A stretch of 64,000 nucleotides of DNA from Escherichia phage CMSTMSU. The stretch lies in the sequence record MH494197.1, one strand, 5' to 3'. The stretch's first letter is position 1; every line of letters begins with the position of its first letter. A model generated the notes under the pieces. The model saw nothing but the letters and a program-made list of their open reading frames with translations, searched no databases and was not told the origin of the DNA. Both the position numbers and the translations under genes were made by a program. This document shows, in pieces, positions 22,830-33,590 of this stretch.

Positions 22830-23248
22830 TTGTAAAGCATTCCTTCACAAAAACTCATAATGTCTTCTAGCGTGTTAGTACTACCATAGTCTTCAGCCTC
22901 TTCTAGCATAGCATGAATGGCTTTACATTGACTAACATATTCTTCAAGAATTGGTACACAATCCTCGATAGGGTAAAACGATAACTGTTACCAGTACCTA
23001 CCTGCAATGCCCGCAGTGTTCATAATACCCTCTACAAATGCATCAACGTACTCAGGTAACTCTTTGTATAGTTCATCCAATTGTAGGTGCTTCGTGTAGA
23101 AATGGCTCTGTAAATGCCAGTTGTGAGCAGCAGCACTTAAAAATAAACTATTCTCAATAAATGTAAGTAGTACTTCATCATAAGAACTATCTTCTTCAGT
23201 ATCTCCGATAAAGTCCATTACATGTCGTAAATCATTAATATTTTCCAT
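22830..23248 (-). CDS. ferritin/Dps-like four-helix-bundle protein (tentative, frameshifted)
   Basis: AAHNWHLQSHFYTKHLQLDELYKELPEYVDAFVEGI resembles Dps signature (HWNV.G..F..LHE.FEE.Y.E....VD). Confidence 0.3.
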
Positions 23249-23424
23249 AAATCTCTCCTTAGAGTTATTCTATGGTATTTAGTTAATAATAAAGGTAACT
23301 TCAGGATTCATTTCTGAAACTGCATTTCTCTTACTTCTATTCCATAGTACTCTATTGTTATATAATGAAGAATCACAAATTATAAGTAAGCAATTCCTTA
23401 ATCTACTTACAGTACTTTGATTAC

Positions 23425-23706
23425 TTAAATCAGTTTCTGTAACAAAAATACATTATCAGGAACTTCTACAGGAATTGATTTATCAAAGAAGAAAACTACA
23501 ATAGGTCTGTTTGTATGAACTAAATTAATAAAGTCTAAAATACTGTTATAAAATTCAGTTCCTTTGTTTAAACTTAATGGATCTTTGATTCTCTTCAAAT
23601 AGGTCTGAACCAAATTATGATCGCTTTTGATTTGATACTCAAAATATTCTTTGAATAACATTTGTGTTAATTCAGATGTATTGGATATTTTCGTTGTGTT
23701 ACTCAT
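23425..23706 (-). CDS. hypothetical protein
   Basis: 93 aa ORF. Confidence 0.3.
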   Translation of the reverse strand: MSNTTKISNTSELTQMLFKEYFEYQIKSDHNLVQTYLKRIKDPLSLNKGTEFYNSILDFINLVHTNRPIVVFFFDKSIPVEVPDNVFLLQKLI

Positions 23707-23709
23707 TCA

Positions 23710-24555
23710 CTTCGTTCTCTCGTAACTCAAGAAGTCACTACGTTTACTTCGTAAACTAGTTCCTTCTGAAAATGATAATGTACTTTAAAAGCTTGACGGG
23801 ATTTGTTGAGGACTATTTCATCCCGCAGGAATGAAGGTAATAAAAAGAGACAATTAAGTCTCTCTTGACGATGATGGCATCGGATATTATCGAATTGAAT
23901 TTCTCAAATTTTGGACGGATCTTTCCTGTACCAAAATTTAGAGAGCGAAAGCGGGTTGCTCGGTTTCTCTCTATCGCAGTCATATGCAACGGTCGCTGGT
24001 CTTTTCATCAACAGCACTCAGTACTAAACTCTATTCGATCAAAGTAGTACCTGTTCTCAAATTTTGGACGCAACTTTCTTGTAAAATCGCGTCCACAATC
24101 CTTGAACTCCCTTAGCAAATTCGTAAGGTGCGAACCTTATACATCTATCTAGGAACTCTCTGTGTGCTTATTGGAGTTCTTTATACAGCCGTGTCGCCGT
24201 GATTCGTGGTCTTATCTCGTGTTTGTTTGATTGCCAGTACTCTAACAGGTTTCTTTTGCTGTTCGCTACAACGGTAAAGCTCATCTATCCTTTACATTTT
24301 CAAGAGAAGTAGGTTCTCATTATCCATTTTTCAATGTCCGTTGTCATTTTACAATATACATTATATCACTAGGATGTATTATGTCCCGTTACATGTATAC
24401 CTTTTTCAAATCCTTGGAACAACGGTCAAAATTGTGTTGATGAATTCGACATCCTCTTTGATATTGGAGTCTATAGCATCATTCTCGTTTCTTGTTGTGT
24501 TCCTGTATTTGTGTTCAGGGTGATTGTATACCACCTTGACTACATTATTTAGGTC
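23710..24555. other. ORF-poor, GC-richer island with direct repeat and hairpins; candidate structured ncRNA or regulatory region
   Basis: No minus-strand ORF over about 850 bp in an otherwise tightly packed region; 16-nt direct repeat tctcaaattttggacg twice about 160 bp apart; several stem-loops including a GNRA-type hairpin. Confidence 0.3.
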
Positions 24556-24784
24556 TACAAAAATGACGATTTTTGCGTATAGGAAGCCTGAAGCTTGATG
24601 AGTTTACCATCGTTTTGTAGATTAGTCTTGTGAATTAGTTCTTCAATACCATCTAAATGGCTATAGCTATCCTGTTCTTTGACGAATGTAACAGTTACCA
24701 GTACTGACTTCTCATCTCCAAAGTCAGAGATATTTTTAACAGCACTGATGATTTCTAAGTTTGAAAAATCTAATTCTTTTAGCA

Positions 24785-25111
24785 TTACAAATATTTCCAC
24801 AAAGTTCGATAAGTGATAATTTCTTCTCTGGTAACAGAAACTTCATAGCACTTAACACCATCAGTTTCATTTCTGAATGGTTCTGCTGGTCTATCTTCTG
24901 TTAAACCTCGTTCATACGTACAATGATAATATTTGTTCGTGTTCATGTCAAGAAAAACTAGATCAAATTCTTCTGTCCATCGTCTATGCCCTTTACTTTC
25001 ATTACTAATGATTTTGTACTTAACATCGGGATTGAATGATTCAGTACTGTCATCCCATGTACCATAGTCAGTATATTCATCATCTTCATCTAACTCTGCC
25101 AGATGCCACAT
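24785..25111 (-). CDS. hypothetical protein
   Basis: 108 aa ORF. Confidence 0.3.
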   Translation of the reverse strand: MWHLAELDEDDEYTDYGTWDDSTESFNPDVKYKIISNESKGHRRWTEEFDLVFLDMNTNKYYHCTYERGLTEDRPAEPFRNETDGVKCYEVSVTREEIITYRTLWKYL

Positions 25112-25149
25112 TAACTGTGGTAAAAGATTTTAGATTTCATTTATTTTCT

Positions 25150-25180
25150 CCAAAAATAGGGACTCGATTTCTCAAGTCCC
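25150..25180 (-). terminator. hairpin terminator
   Basis: atagggact...agtccctat inverted repeat. Confidence 0.4.
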
Positions 25181-25246
25181 TATCATAACATATTAATTGT
25201 GATTATTCAATTTCTTTTGTTCTTTTTAGAGCTTTCATATGTCGTC

Positions 25247-25800
25247 CAAAATCACGAACATGCCATATATGGTCGGTTTCCCATAGTTCTGTACGTAAAC
25301 GGCGTTCTTCCAATTCTTCTGGAGTAGGAATTTTAGATTTCTTCTTATCTTTATTGAAAAAATCATTCATATGTTCTTCCAGTAGATTTCTACCCTTAAC
25401 TTTTTCCGGAATTCATCTACTGATTCAGTTTTATTAGAACGAAGACTGTTACAACGTGAACACATGGTGTTGTAATTTGACTCTAAATCAGGTCCACCCT
25501 TAGATGCTAGTTGGTTATGATCTACTGTCATCAGTACTTCATATAGACCACAAACTGCATAGACATTTAAGTGAGGTTTACCATATACCGGATCAGTGCT
25601 ATGTGAACGCTCAATGCGAACTTCAGTGGCTTCAATACCACACGCAACGCATTTACAATTCTTAACGAATGTAAGTACTTTTGTGGGAAGTATCGGAAAG
25701 TAACACCGTTATATGTATAGCGTTTCATCTGTGTACTTCTTTGATTTAACTCATCAAGAAGTGATAGTTTGGCAACATAGTAGACCTGATATTTTGACAT
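25247..25800 (-). mobile_element. HNH endonuclease gene (frameshifted)
   Basis: Hand translation gives VDHNQLASKGGPDLESNYNTMCSRCNS, matching the HNH D-H...GG...N...C..CN pattern, preceded by CxxC. Confidence 0.5.
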
Positions 25801-25802
25801 TT

Positions 25803-26117
25803 TTAATCCTCGGATTTAATTTTAACCTTAACATCTTGATTTTGTAAATCACGAATAGTTTTAATTAATGCATCATGTTTTAGTGCACAGTCATTGTACA
25901 TTGCATCCCATTTTACGAGTACTGCAAGAATTTCAGCACCATCATATCCTCTGAACCCGTTTTTATCGACCATGATTTTACTTGGTAGTGGTGTATTTTC
26001 GTCACAACGTTCAAGTAAGATTTCTTGTTCTACAATTGGTTTAGGTTGATACTTAATTTCTTCAGCACAACCACTAATTAATAGAAAAGAAATTGCAAAT
26101 ACTAAAGCGTATTTCAT
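25803..26117 (-). CDS. putative outer-membrane spanin (lipoprotein)
   Basis: Signal peptide with lipobox LISGC; start overlaps stop of upstream ORF. Confidence 0.45.
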   Translation of the reverse strand: MKYALVFAISFLLISGCAEEIKYQPKPIVEQEILLERCDENTPLPSKIMVDKNGFRGYDGAEILAVLVKWDAMYNDCALKHDALIKTIRDLQNQDVKVKIKSED

Positions 26118-26490
26118 TTGAATTTATTCCTCGCTGCAAGGGAATTCTGTTTAAGTTCATTCAGAAGTTTAACGCCATCTTCATCTAGACATACGTTTTT
26201 GTAAACTTCTCTTTCTACTATAATAGGCACTTGTGTCTCGATAACTTTAGCATTATCTTGCATTATCTTTTGGTTTCTATATAGTTTTTGCATTTTCTTG
26301 CTGCATCTTAGCGAGTGCAGAATCAACTTTCTTTTCTATTTTTGGTCAATACTTTCTTTATAACCAGTATAATAAGTATTTGCTGACCATCCACCGTAAA
26401 CACAACCTGCCATTACTCCTACTACCAAAATTGGTTTCCAATATGGTATTAAAACTTTTGAAACAATAATTTCTAGTACACTCATAATAA
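26114..26490 (-). CDS. putative inner-membrane spanin (N-terminal TM helix, frameshifted)
   Basis: Hand translation shows N-terminal hydrophobic helix followed by charged helical segment in ORF 26114..26326; adjacency to lipoprotein. Confidence 0.35.
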
Positions 26491-26525
26491 CATCTCCTAT
26501 AGTTGGTAATATTATTTAGAGTGTA

Positions 26526-28198
26526 CTATATTATATGTTTACAACATTTTTGAATATGATCTACGAGTTTATACAGTTTAGTGTTTTCATTCTCGTATTC
26601 CAAATCAACTTCAACTTTGAATTCTTCTTCAAGTTCCATGATCATTTCAATCCAGTCAAGCCAATCGAATTTAAATTTTTCCACGACTTCACATTTAGTA
26701 AGATGGAAGTTCATTGATACATCTTTTTCGGATGCATTTTTGTCGCGACTTGTAATGAATTTGACAATTGCTTTTTCAACGTCAGTTAGTTCACGTGTGC
26801 GATATTCTGGTTCAAGATACCATTCGCCATTATTGATAGCTTCCAACGAAAGTCTAAGTTCATGCATTAGTTTATAACGATCAGTACTTTTATGGATGCG
26901 GTTAACTTCGCGATTCAGTACACGTAGTGCGTCTTTGATTTGTTCGTTTAGCATAACAATCCTCTTATTTTTTCTGTACCATTGCATTTCACGGATATCT
27001 AATAGTACCTTCGTAGCCAACTTTATGTTTGGTCGCTTCGGTAGATGGGTCTTATGATACGCCACATTTCGGATGTAGTCAACCTTTTCGTTGAAATAAT
27101 CCATAACTTCTTGATACAACCACTTCCCGTTACGAATGTCCATCAACATAGCAGCATCCGGTCGGTGAACTTGGATGATGCCAGTTTCAAGTGCTTCCTG
27201 TGCTGTATTCAGCAGCCTGATTGTATGCATAGCATGTTTGCAGTCATAACCGTGGTGTGATTCAAGAATAGCACGTTTGGCATTACGATTCTGCTTCCAT
27301 TTGTGATAACTCTTACGGTTCTCACTATTTTCTTTGTATTCCTTTTCATTGAATTTTACAATGAGTTCAGGACGAACTTTCAATTCTTCTGTAGTACGTT
27401 CTTTGTTGAAGTAACGTAGTGAACCATCAGCATTCACTGTACTTTCATTCGGGTTGATAATTACCCCAAAGATGTTTTCACCGTAATGGATTAGTTCATA
27501 TCCAGAATTGTAATTCAATAAATTGAAATCACGATCTAATACTTTATCAGTACTATAATTATGTACTAAACGTACAAAATGATATTGTTTCAATGCTTGT
27601 GTTGAAACTAATTGTAATGAAGTATCACGCATGTATTTTTCAAAATCAATTTTTGTAGCATTGAATGGGTGAAGATTGGATTTATTCAAACGGTCAACCA
27701 AATACTGCGGGAATGTATCATACATCCATGAAAGTACTTCGTCAACTGGATGTTCTTCTAAAATTTCATTTAGTTTACGTTCAGCAATTCGTTCCTTATC
27801 GAGCCAGCCGTGGTGATTAGACATACGCTTAACCTGATTGTATGCATATCCACTGTATGAGTGTGCAATCTTTGAACTCAATAATTGCTGATTGAATGAG
27901 CGTAGATAGTCATAGATTTCAGTACTTTCTACGATGTGTTCCGGTTTAACCCATAGTGATTCAAGAATGTTTGGGTTAGCTTCAGTATACAGACTTAAGT
28001 ACTGATTGATTTCATAAAATTTAGTATCTTCTTCAGAAGTATCTGAAACTTCCTTAACATTAAAAAAGGAGTTAGGATATATTCTTTGTTTGCAAGGAAG
28101 ATACCACGATAATCTGTATCACTTTCTGGTGTGCTTGTATACGCCTGTGAACCAGCTAAGTGTTTCACAATAGTTTGTTCTAGAAAATTGTTTTTCAT
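26526..28198 (-). CDS. Pol-beta-type nucleotidyltransferase fused to a degenerate ACP-like C-terminal domain (frameshifted near N-terminus)
   Basis: N-terminal fragment 27995..28198 has GS-x9-DxD (LAGSQAYTSTPESDTDYRGIF); ORF 26526..27881 has HHGYDCKHAMHTIRLL and a C-terminal DWLDWIEMIMELEEEFKVEV segment resembling acyl carrier protein DSLD...ELVMALEEEF but with Ser replaced by Trp. Confidence 0.4.
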
Positions 28199-28596
28199 AA
28201 GTAAATCGTTAACTCCTTTAGAAAACCATTATAGTATCGTTTAAAATCATGATCCAGTACTTGATAGTCATTGTAACTAAATCCAAGATTGATGATGGTA
28301 TCTTCTTGGAAGAATTTCTCTTCATTCATTACTTCGATGGGTTCGTATTCTTTCCCACCTTTATATACTTTAGTAAAGAACATACCATCATTGTTAATTT
28401 CAACGTACATGAAATTATTTTCTGGATCTCGTGGACACACAATGTTTAGTGAACTTGTCCCATTGTTATTATATTCGTATGAAATAATATCAAAAGAATC
28501 GATACCATAACATTTGGACTTTTCTTTGTCACCAAAGACTTTTCTATCTGTACTCATATTGCGTATAGTACTGTAGATATCATCGATTGTAGTCAT
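28195..28596 (-). CDS. hypothetical protein
   Basis: 133 aa ORF. Confidence 0.3.
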   Translation of the reverse strand: MTTIDDIYSTIRNMSTDRKVFGDKEKSKCYGIDSFDIISYEYNNNGTSSLNIVCPRDPENNFMYVEINNDGMFFTKVYKGGKEYEPIEVMNEEKFFQEDTIINLGFSYNDYQVLDHDFKRYYNGFLKELTIYL

Positions 28597-28993
28597 AATT
28601 AACCACCGTACTTTGACTTATATGTTTCTAAAGATAAAGAAATGCGATTTTGCTTTTAATTCTTTCATCAATATCCTTTGAATTCTTAACACTTCTGTAT
28701 ACATCAGCTAATAAATTATAATCTTCTTTATTTGAGCTATGTAATGCCCAACCTATATCTGTTTTGATTCGAACATATGCTTTATTTGATGTGAAATAAA
28801 AATTGAATCCGTTAGACCCATCAAAAATATCATAAGTATTTACCCAATCTCCATAAGGAAAACTCATTGGTACTGACTCATAATCAATGGTGATATCCGA
28901 TAAATTTTAGAACAGTACTTTACAAAGTGGTAAACAATCGGATCACATTTTGATAATTCGTATTTGTATTCAATGATAGTTTTTCTATTAGTA

Positions 28994-29470
28994 TCATTGA
29001 TGGCATATTCTTTTATCAATGGACTTTTTGATGATAAGAGTCCATAGAAACGATTCTAATCCAGTTTCATCAACTTTTTCTTTCTTTTGAAAAATGAAAT
29101 CATTTATATAAACCCTTAATTTTTGTCTATTATGTATATCATTTTGCTGAATTTTCAAATTAGTAAGATTGTGTCTTACACCTTCAACGCCACGCATTAT
29201 TTGTAACATAATTAGTGATTCGTCATATGTTAGAACATTGCTATTATTATCGATATATACTTTCACTCCACTTTCAAGATAATCATTTTCTTTGGAGTTA
29301 AAGTTTCTAATAGCAAACTTAACGCCATTTGTTGCATCACTGAATACATATCGTTCCGCACCGTAGAATGTTTTTCCACGAAATAAACCGCCTTCTTCAA
29401 ACTTCCAACGACTGGATTCATAATCATTAACGTAATCAATGATTAATGGTAGCAAAGGGTGTTTGCTCAA
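28994..29470 (-). CDS. hypothetical protein
   Basis: 158 aa ORF. Confidence 0.3.
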   Translation of the reverse strand: MSKHPLLPLIIDYVNDYESSRWKFEEGGLFRGKTFYGAERYVFSDATNGVKFAIRNFNSKENDYLESGVKVYIDNNSNVLTYDESLIMLQIMRGVEGVRHNLTNLKIQQNDIHNRQKLRVYINDFIFQKKEKVDETGLESFLWTLIIKKSIDKRICHQ

Positions 29471-29614
29471 TTTATATTTTGCTTCTAACAGAACACGACG
29501 ATCTTGATCTGTATTGATGATATCTTTAAGTGTGAAACTTTTGATATAATTTTAAAGATAATTTCATGCCAAATTAAAGTACTGTTTTGTTTTCCAACTG
29601 GGCCAAAAACATAT

Positions 29615-30189
29615 TCATTCCTCATTAGTATAAATCAGTAATGTCTTTGTATGCATTAATCTGTTTTGTTGTAATGAAAGTTCATTGAGTTTAGTTACCA
29701 TTTTATCTACACCAACACGTATATAGAAAATAATAAATGAATCTAACTTGCCTAGAGTAATTCTTGAACTGTAAGTTGAAAGTTTTCTTGCATAAACATA
29801 AATTTCTTCTTCACTTGGTAAACGTTTCTCAATCAGCAAGTTTTCCACACCATTCGGCTCATAATCAATTTCGAACTCTACGCCTATCACAGTATCTTGA
29901 ATGATATCAGTATATGAACCACCGAAAAATACTCTCTTGGTTTGGCTCTCCAACGAGGACTAAATGGGTCAGATGCGTATTCTTTAACAAATTTGTAAAA
30001 GGACATTTTACTGAGCATATATTTCATCTCAATTAGTGCTTTGCGGTCATCATCAGTTTTAAACTCTGCTTTGAGCGATGGACTTTTACACAGTAACTTA
30101 ACTAAATTGTTGTACATCTTTAATGTACGTTGGTCTTTCATTTCTTGGATTTTGTGACGCTTTGGTGGTGGTAGTAAAGATTTGACCAT
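29615..30189 (-). CDS. hypothetical protein (two overlapping fragments)
   Basis: ORFs 29615..29953 and 29887..30189 on same strand. Confidence 0.25.
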
Positions 30190-30221
30190 AATTTCCTCCT
30201 GTATTTTCTAGCATTATACAC

Positions 30222-30245
30222 ATAAAGAAAAGCCCGTCAATAGAC
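30222..30245 (-). terminator. hairpin terminator downstream of fibre gene A
   Basis: gcccgtc aata gacgagc inverted repeat with T-run on minus strand. Confidence 0.4.
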
Positions 30246-30257
30246 GAGCTTAAAATT

Positions 30258-32977
30258 TTAATGCCAACGTGTACCAGAGCTTGAAGGAACACCAGAACTT
30301 GCAGGGATAGCAGAACCACGCTTGGTTGTACTAGGTCTGTATGTCAAGAATCGTGTTACCTTTTCCGTATCAATTGACGTGATACTCGTACTTCCAGTAA
30401 CAATATCACCAACGTATACGTTTGTCAATGTCTCATCAAGAAGAGTTGTACTGATAACGTATGCCGCTTTTCTTGTGTTACGGTTCATTTGAATGTAAAG
30501 ATAAAAAGTACTGTTAGCTGGGTTAGTTTTAATAGTACTTAATTCTATGGTTTGAATCGCTAATCTATCAAACATACCACCAAGGAATACCGGAACTTCA
30601 CGGGTGAAGTACACCGTGAAACCTTCAGCAACATCTTGTGAAACTACTACGATTTTATCTTGTACAGTTCCTGAACCATCAATCAACCCATCCATCTGTG
30701 CTGATGTTGTCCCAAAGAGACTAAACACTGCTTTAGTTTGATAATCTGAATCTTGAAGATGATAGTATCCAAATCCAACACCGGTATAACTCCGTGCTGG
30801 AATGCATTGCCATTATCTATGTAGCTGGATGACATAAATCGGTTAGATGTAATCAAACCATTCACTGTTTTAGCAATCATCAATTTGAATTGAGCATTAC
30901 GGTTGTGAAAACTGATGAACTGCATCAACCCCAATATAACCAAATCCAGAATACTTTGCAACAGTTAGACCAGTACAGCGTTTCATATAGGCTTCAGTTA
31001 CAATACCTGTTACAGAATTAAGTGTTTCGTATCTAGAACTCACCATAGTCGCAGAACTAATATTGGTTCCTGAAATGGTAACATCAACTTCAGAATATAT
31101 TGCATAACCTTGGTTATTGCCTAAGTTATATGCAGAAACCACCGCAATAGATTTTGAGAAAGAACTATCTGGTACATAATATAAAGCAATTTTACCAGTA
31201 AATGCTCCTACTATTCCAATATTAGCAAGTATTTCTTGTTTTAATGTTTCCAGAACATTATCACCAATTGTATAAGAACCATCAAATTCTAAAGTATCTG
31301 GGTTAAACAAACCACCACTTGTTTTGTATACACCTTCAATGAATGATGTCCCATAGCATTTAACTGAACCGTCAGTGTCAATTAATGAAATCATACCTGT
31401 ATATTTGTAGTTGTCGCCGAGGCGAATTCGGTTGGCTTGTGGTGCAAAACCATTAAGTGTTGTATTGTTTTGTACTGAATTGAACTGGAAGGTTGGTTCA
31501 GTACCAATTTCAGAAAATACTGTATTGTTATAGCCATATGACTCATCTTCATATGTTCCAGAACATGCTAACAGTACTTTACGTTTATCAATAAAACGTG
31601 TTCCTAAAAGGTTTTCACCTACTGCACTACCATATGTTGGTGCAACGTTTACAAATTTGGAATTGTTCGCTTTACGAGTACTGGCAACCCAACTATCATA
31701 TGGTGTTCCTGTTACGTTATAAACCTGAATACCATAGGTTTCAGATGAACTCCAACGAGCACGTGTGCTGAATACTAAACCGTCATAGGTTTGGCATATA
31801 GAACCAACGTTACCTAATTGTGGAACACCTAACTGTGTACCCATGAAGTTATTCATCTCAATGGCAAATGGGTTTGTTAATGTGAATCCATCAACATCAT
31901 TATATTCCGCTGCTATTGGTGCTCTACTACTTCCATCAATTGATAATGATTTAGAGTTGATAGTATAAACAAAACTAAAACCACTAGCATAAACAGTACT
32001 AATATATAGATTTGATACTAAACGGTTAGTTGGGAATAATGTAATTCTAATCTTTGATAAATCTGGACTTACGTTTGCTTGTATATTATAATCTGTATAA
32101 TCTGAATATTCAACTCGTGTAACTGGTGAAGTGCATTCAAATAATGAATCATTACTAGTTCCAACTGAATATAATCTTTCATAAATTTTCAAATTATTAG
32201 CACTTGTGTAGTTAACACTTCTTAAGGTTTGACCAGAAAACCAGTAACCTTAGCAAAAGTACTCATAGTACCATCTTTAATACTACTTGTATTAACAGTA
32301 TATAATGTTAAAGCCAAACCATAGTTTGCTATAGTAGTGTCTTTGCACCACACAAATACTTTATCATTGACGATATGTGCATATAATGGTTTATCTGTAC
32401 CAAATGATGTAGCAGCGATAGAAGCGTGAATATGTGCAACTTCGTTAAATGTACCATTTGTTAAAGTGAAAATATAATTACTTGCACTAGATAGGCTAAC
32501 TAGTAATTCATAACCATTCGTTCCGATAAACTGTTTAACATTTTCAGTACTTGGAAGAATTCTAGGATGATATTTTGATGTAGTACTGATAACACTACTT
32601 TGTGTTAGTGCATCAATATTACGCAAATCACGAATGAATGCATAGTAATATCCTTCAGTACTACCATTTGTACCAGCACGTAATACCACACCAGTACCAT
32701 CATCTTCGACTATTGTTGGTTGCATACGGTATACATCTGAAAGCGACGTTGCCTTCGTATGAACCATTAACGTTTAATGGTAGATAATCCATTTCTATAC
32801 GGGAGATTGGTAACATATCAAGTATTTTTGAACTTCTGATCTTTTATAAATTGGATAGTCAACAATACCTGTATTTGCGTCTGGTGCTGTACCATTAAAA
32901 GTACGCATAGCGTACTTTCCACCAATTGCCAAATTTCCAAGTATAGCAGCACTACCAATGATGCGTTTGGATGACAT
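30258..32977 (-). CDS. tail fibre / receptor-binding protein paralog A (about 900 aa, frameshifted)
   Basis: Ser/Thr/Asn/Gly-rich fragments 30258..30728, 30897..32192, 32222..32767, 32795..32977; shares N-terminal and C-terminal modules with paralogs B and C. Confidence 0.5.
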
Positions 32978-33000
32978 ATTCTTTTCCTTTAATTACCAGC

Positions 33001-33590
33001 CTAATGTACCAGTTTGTGTTGGATTTCCAGTACTGACTGGGAAAGATGAACCTTTTGTGTTGTACTTGGTCTGTATGTATTGAATCGTGATACGCGTTCA
33101 ATGTTGATAGCAGTAATACCAGAAGTTCCAACGGTAATAGTCCCGATGAACATTATAATCTGTGATTCTTGTAATTGTGAAGTTGAGATTCTATAAATTG
33201 GCTCACCCAGTACTAAAGTAGCGTATACATATTGTGTTTGTGTGCCTGATGCCACTGTTGGTGCTGTCACTGCAACAACAGGGTAATTATAAAGATAGCC
33301 ACCGATGAATGCAGGTATCTCTCGGTTAAAACGTAATGAATAACCGCTTGATGTAATTGACAAACTAGATACATCATAAAGTTCACCATATTGTGATAAT
33401 GGTAAACCGTTAACAATAGAATCAACTTCATCTTTTGTTAAGAGGGGAATGTACATTCCCCATTTGCGTCTGTTCGATACGATACGTCATTAATATCACT
33501 AATAGATAGTCCAGTGTTTTTATTCTGGACTACGATTTGTGACATAGCTTCGATATCGGATCTTATAATATATGCCATAAGATTAATCCT
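33001..33590 (-). CDS. short fibre-like paralog B (about 195 aa)
   Basis: Contains both the shared N-terminal motif (LPLSQYGELYDV) and the shared C-terminal domain (ITAINIERVSRFNTYRPSTTQK). Confidence 0.45.

Noticed and set aside
23710-24555. tRNA gene cluster or CRISPR array in the ORF-free island
   Set aside because: No canonical T-loop (GTTCGAATC-like) flanked by 5-bp stems was found on either strand, and only one short direct repeat pair is present with unequal spacing, unlike a CRISPR array; kept only as a generic ncRNA/regulatory candidate
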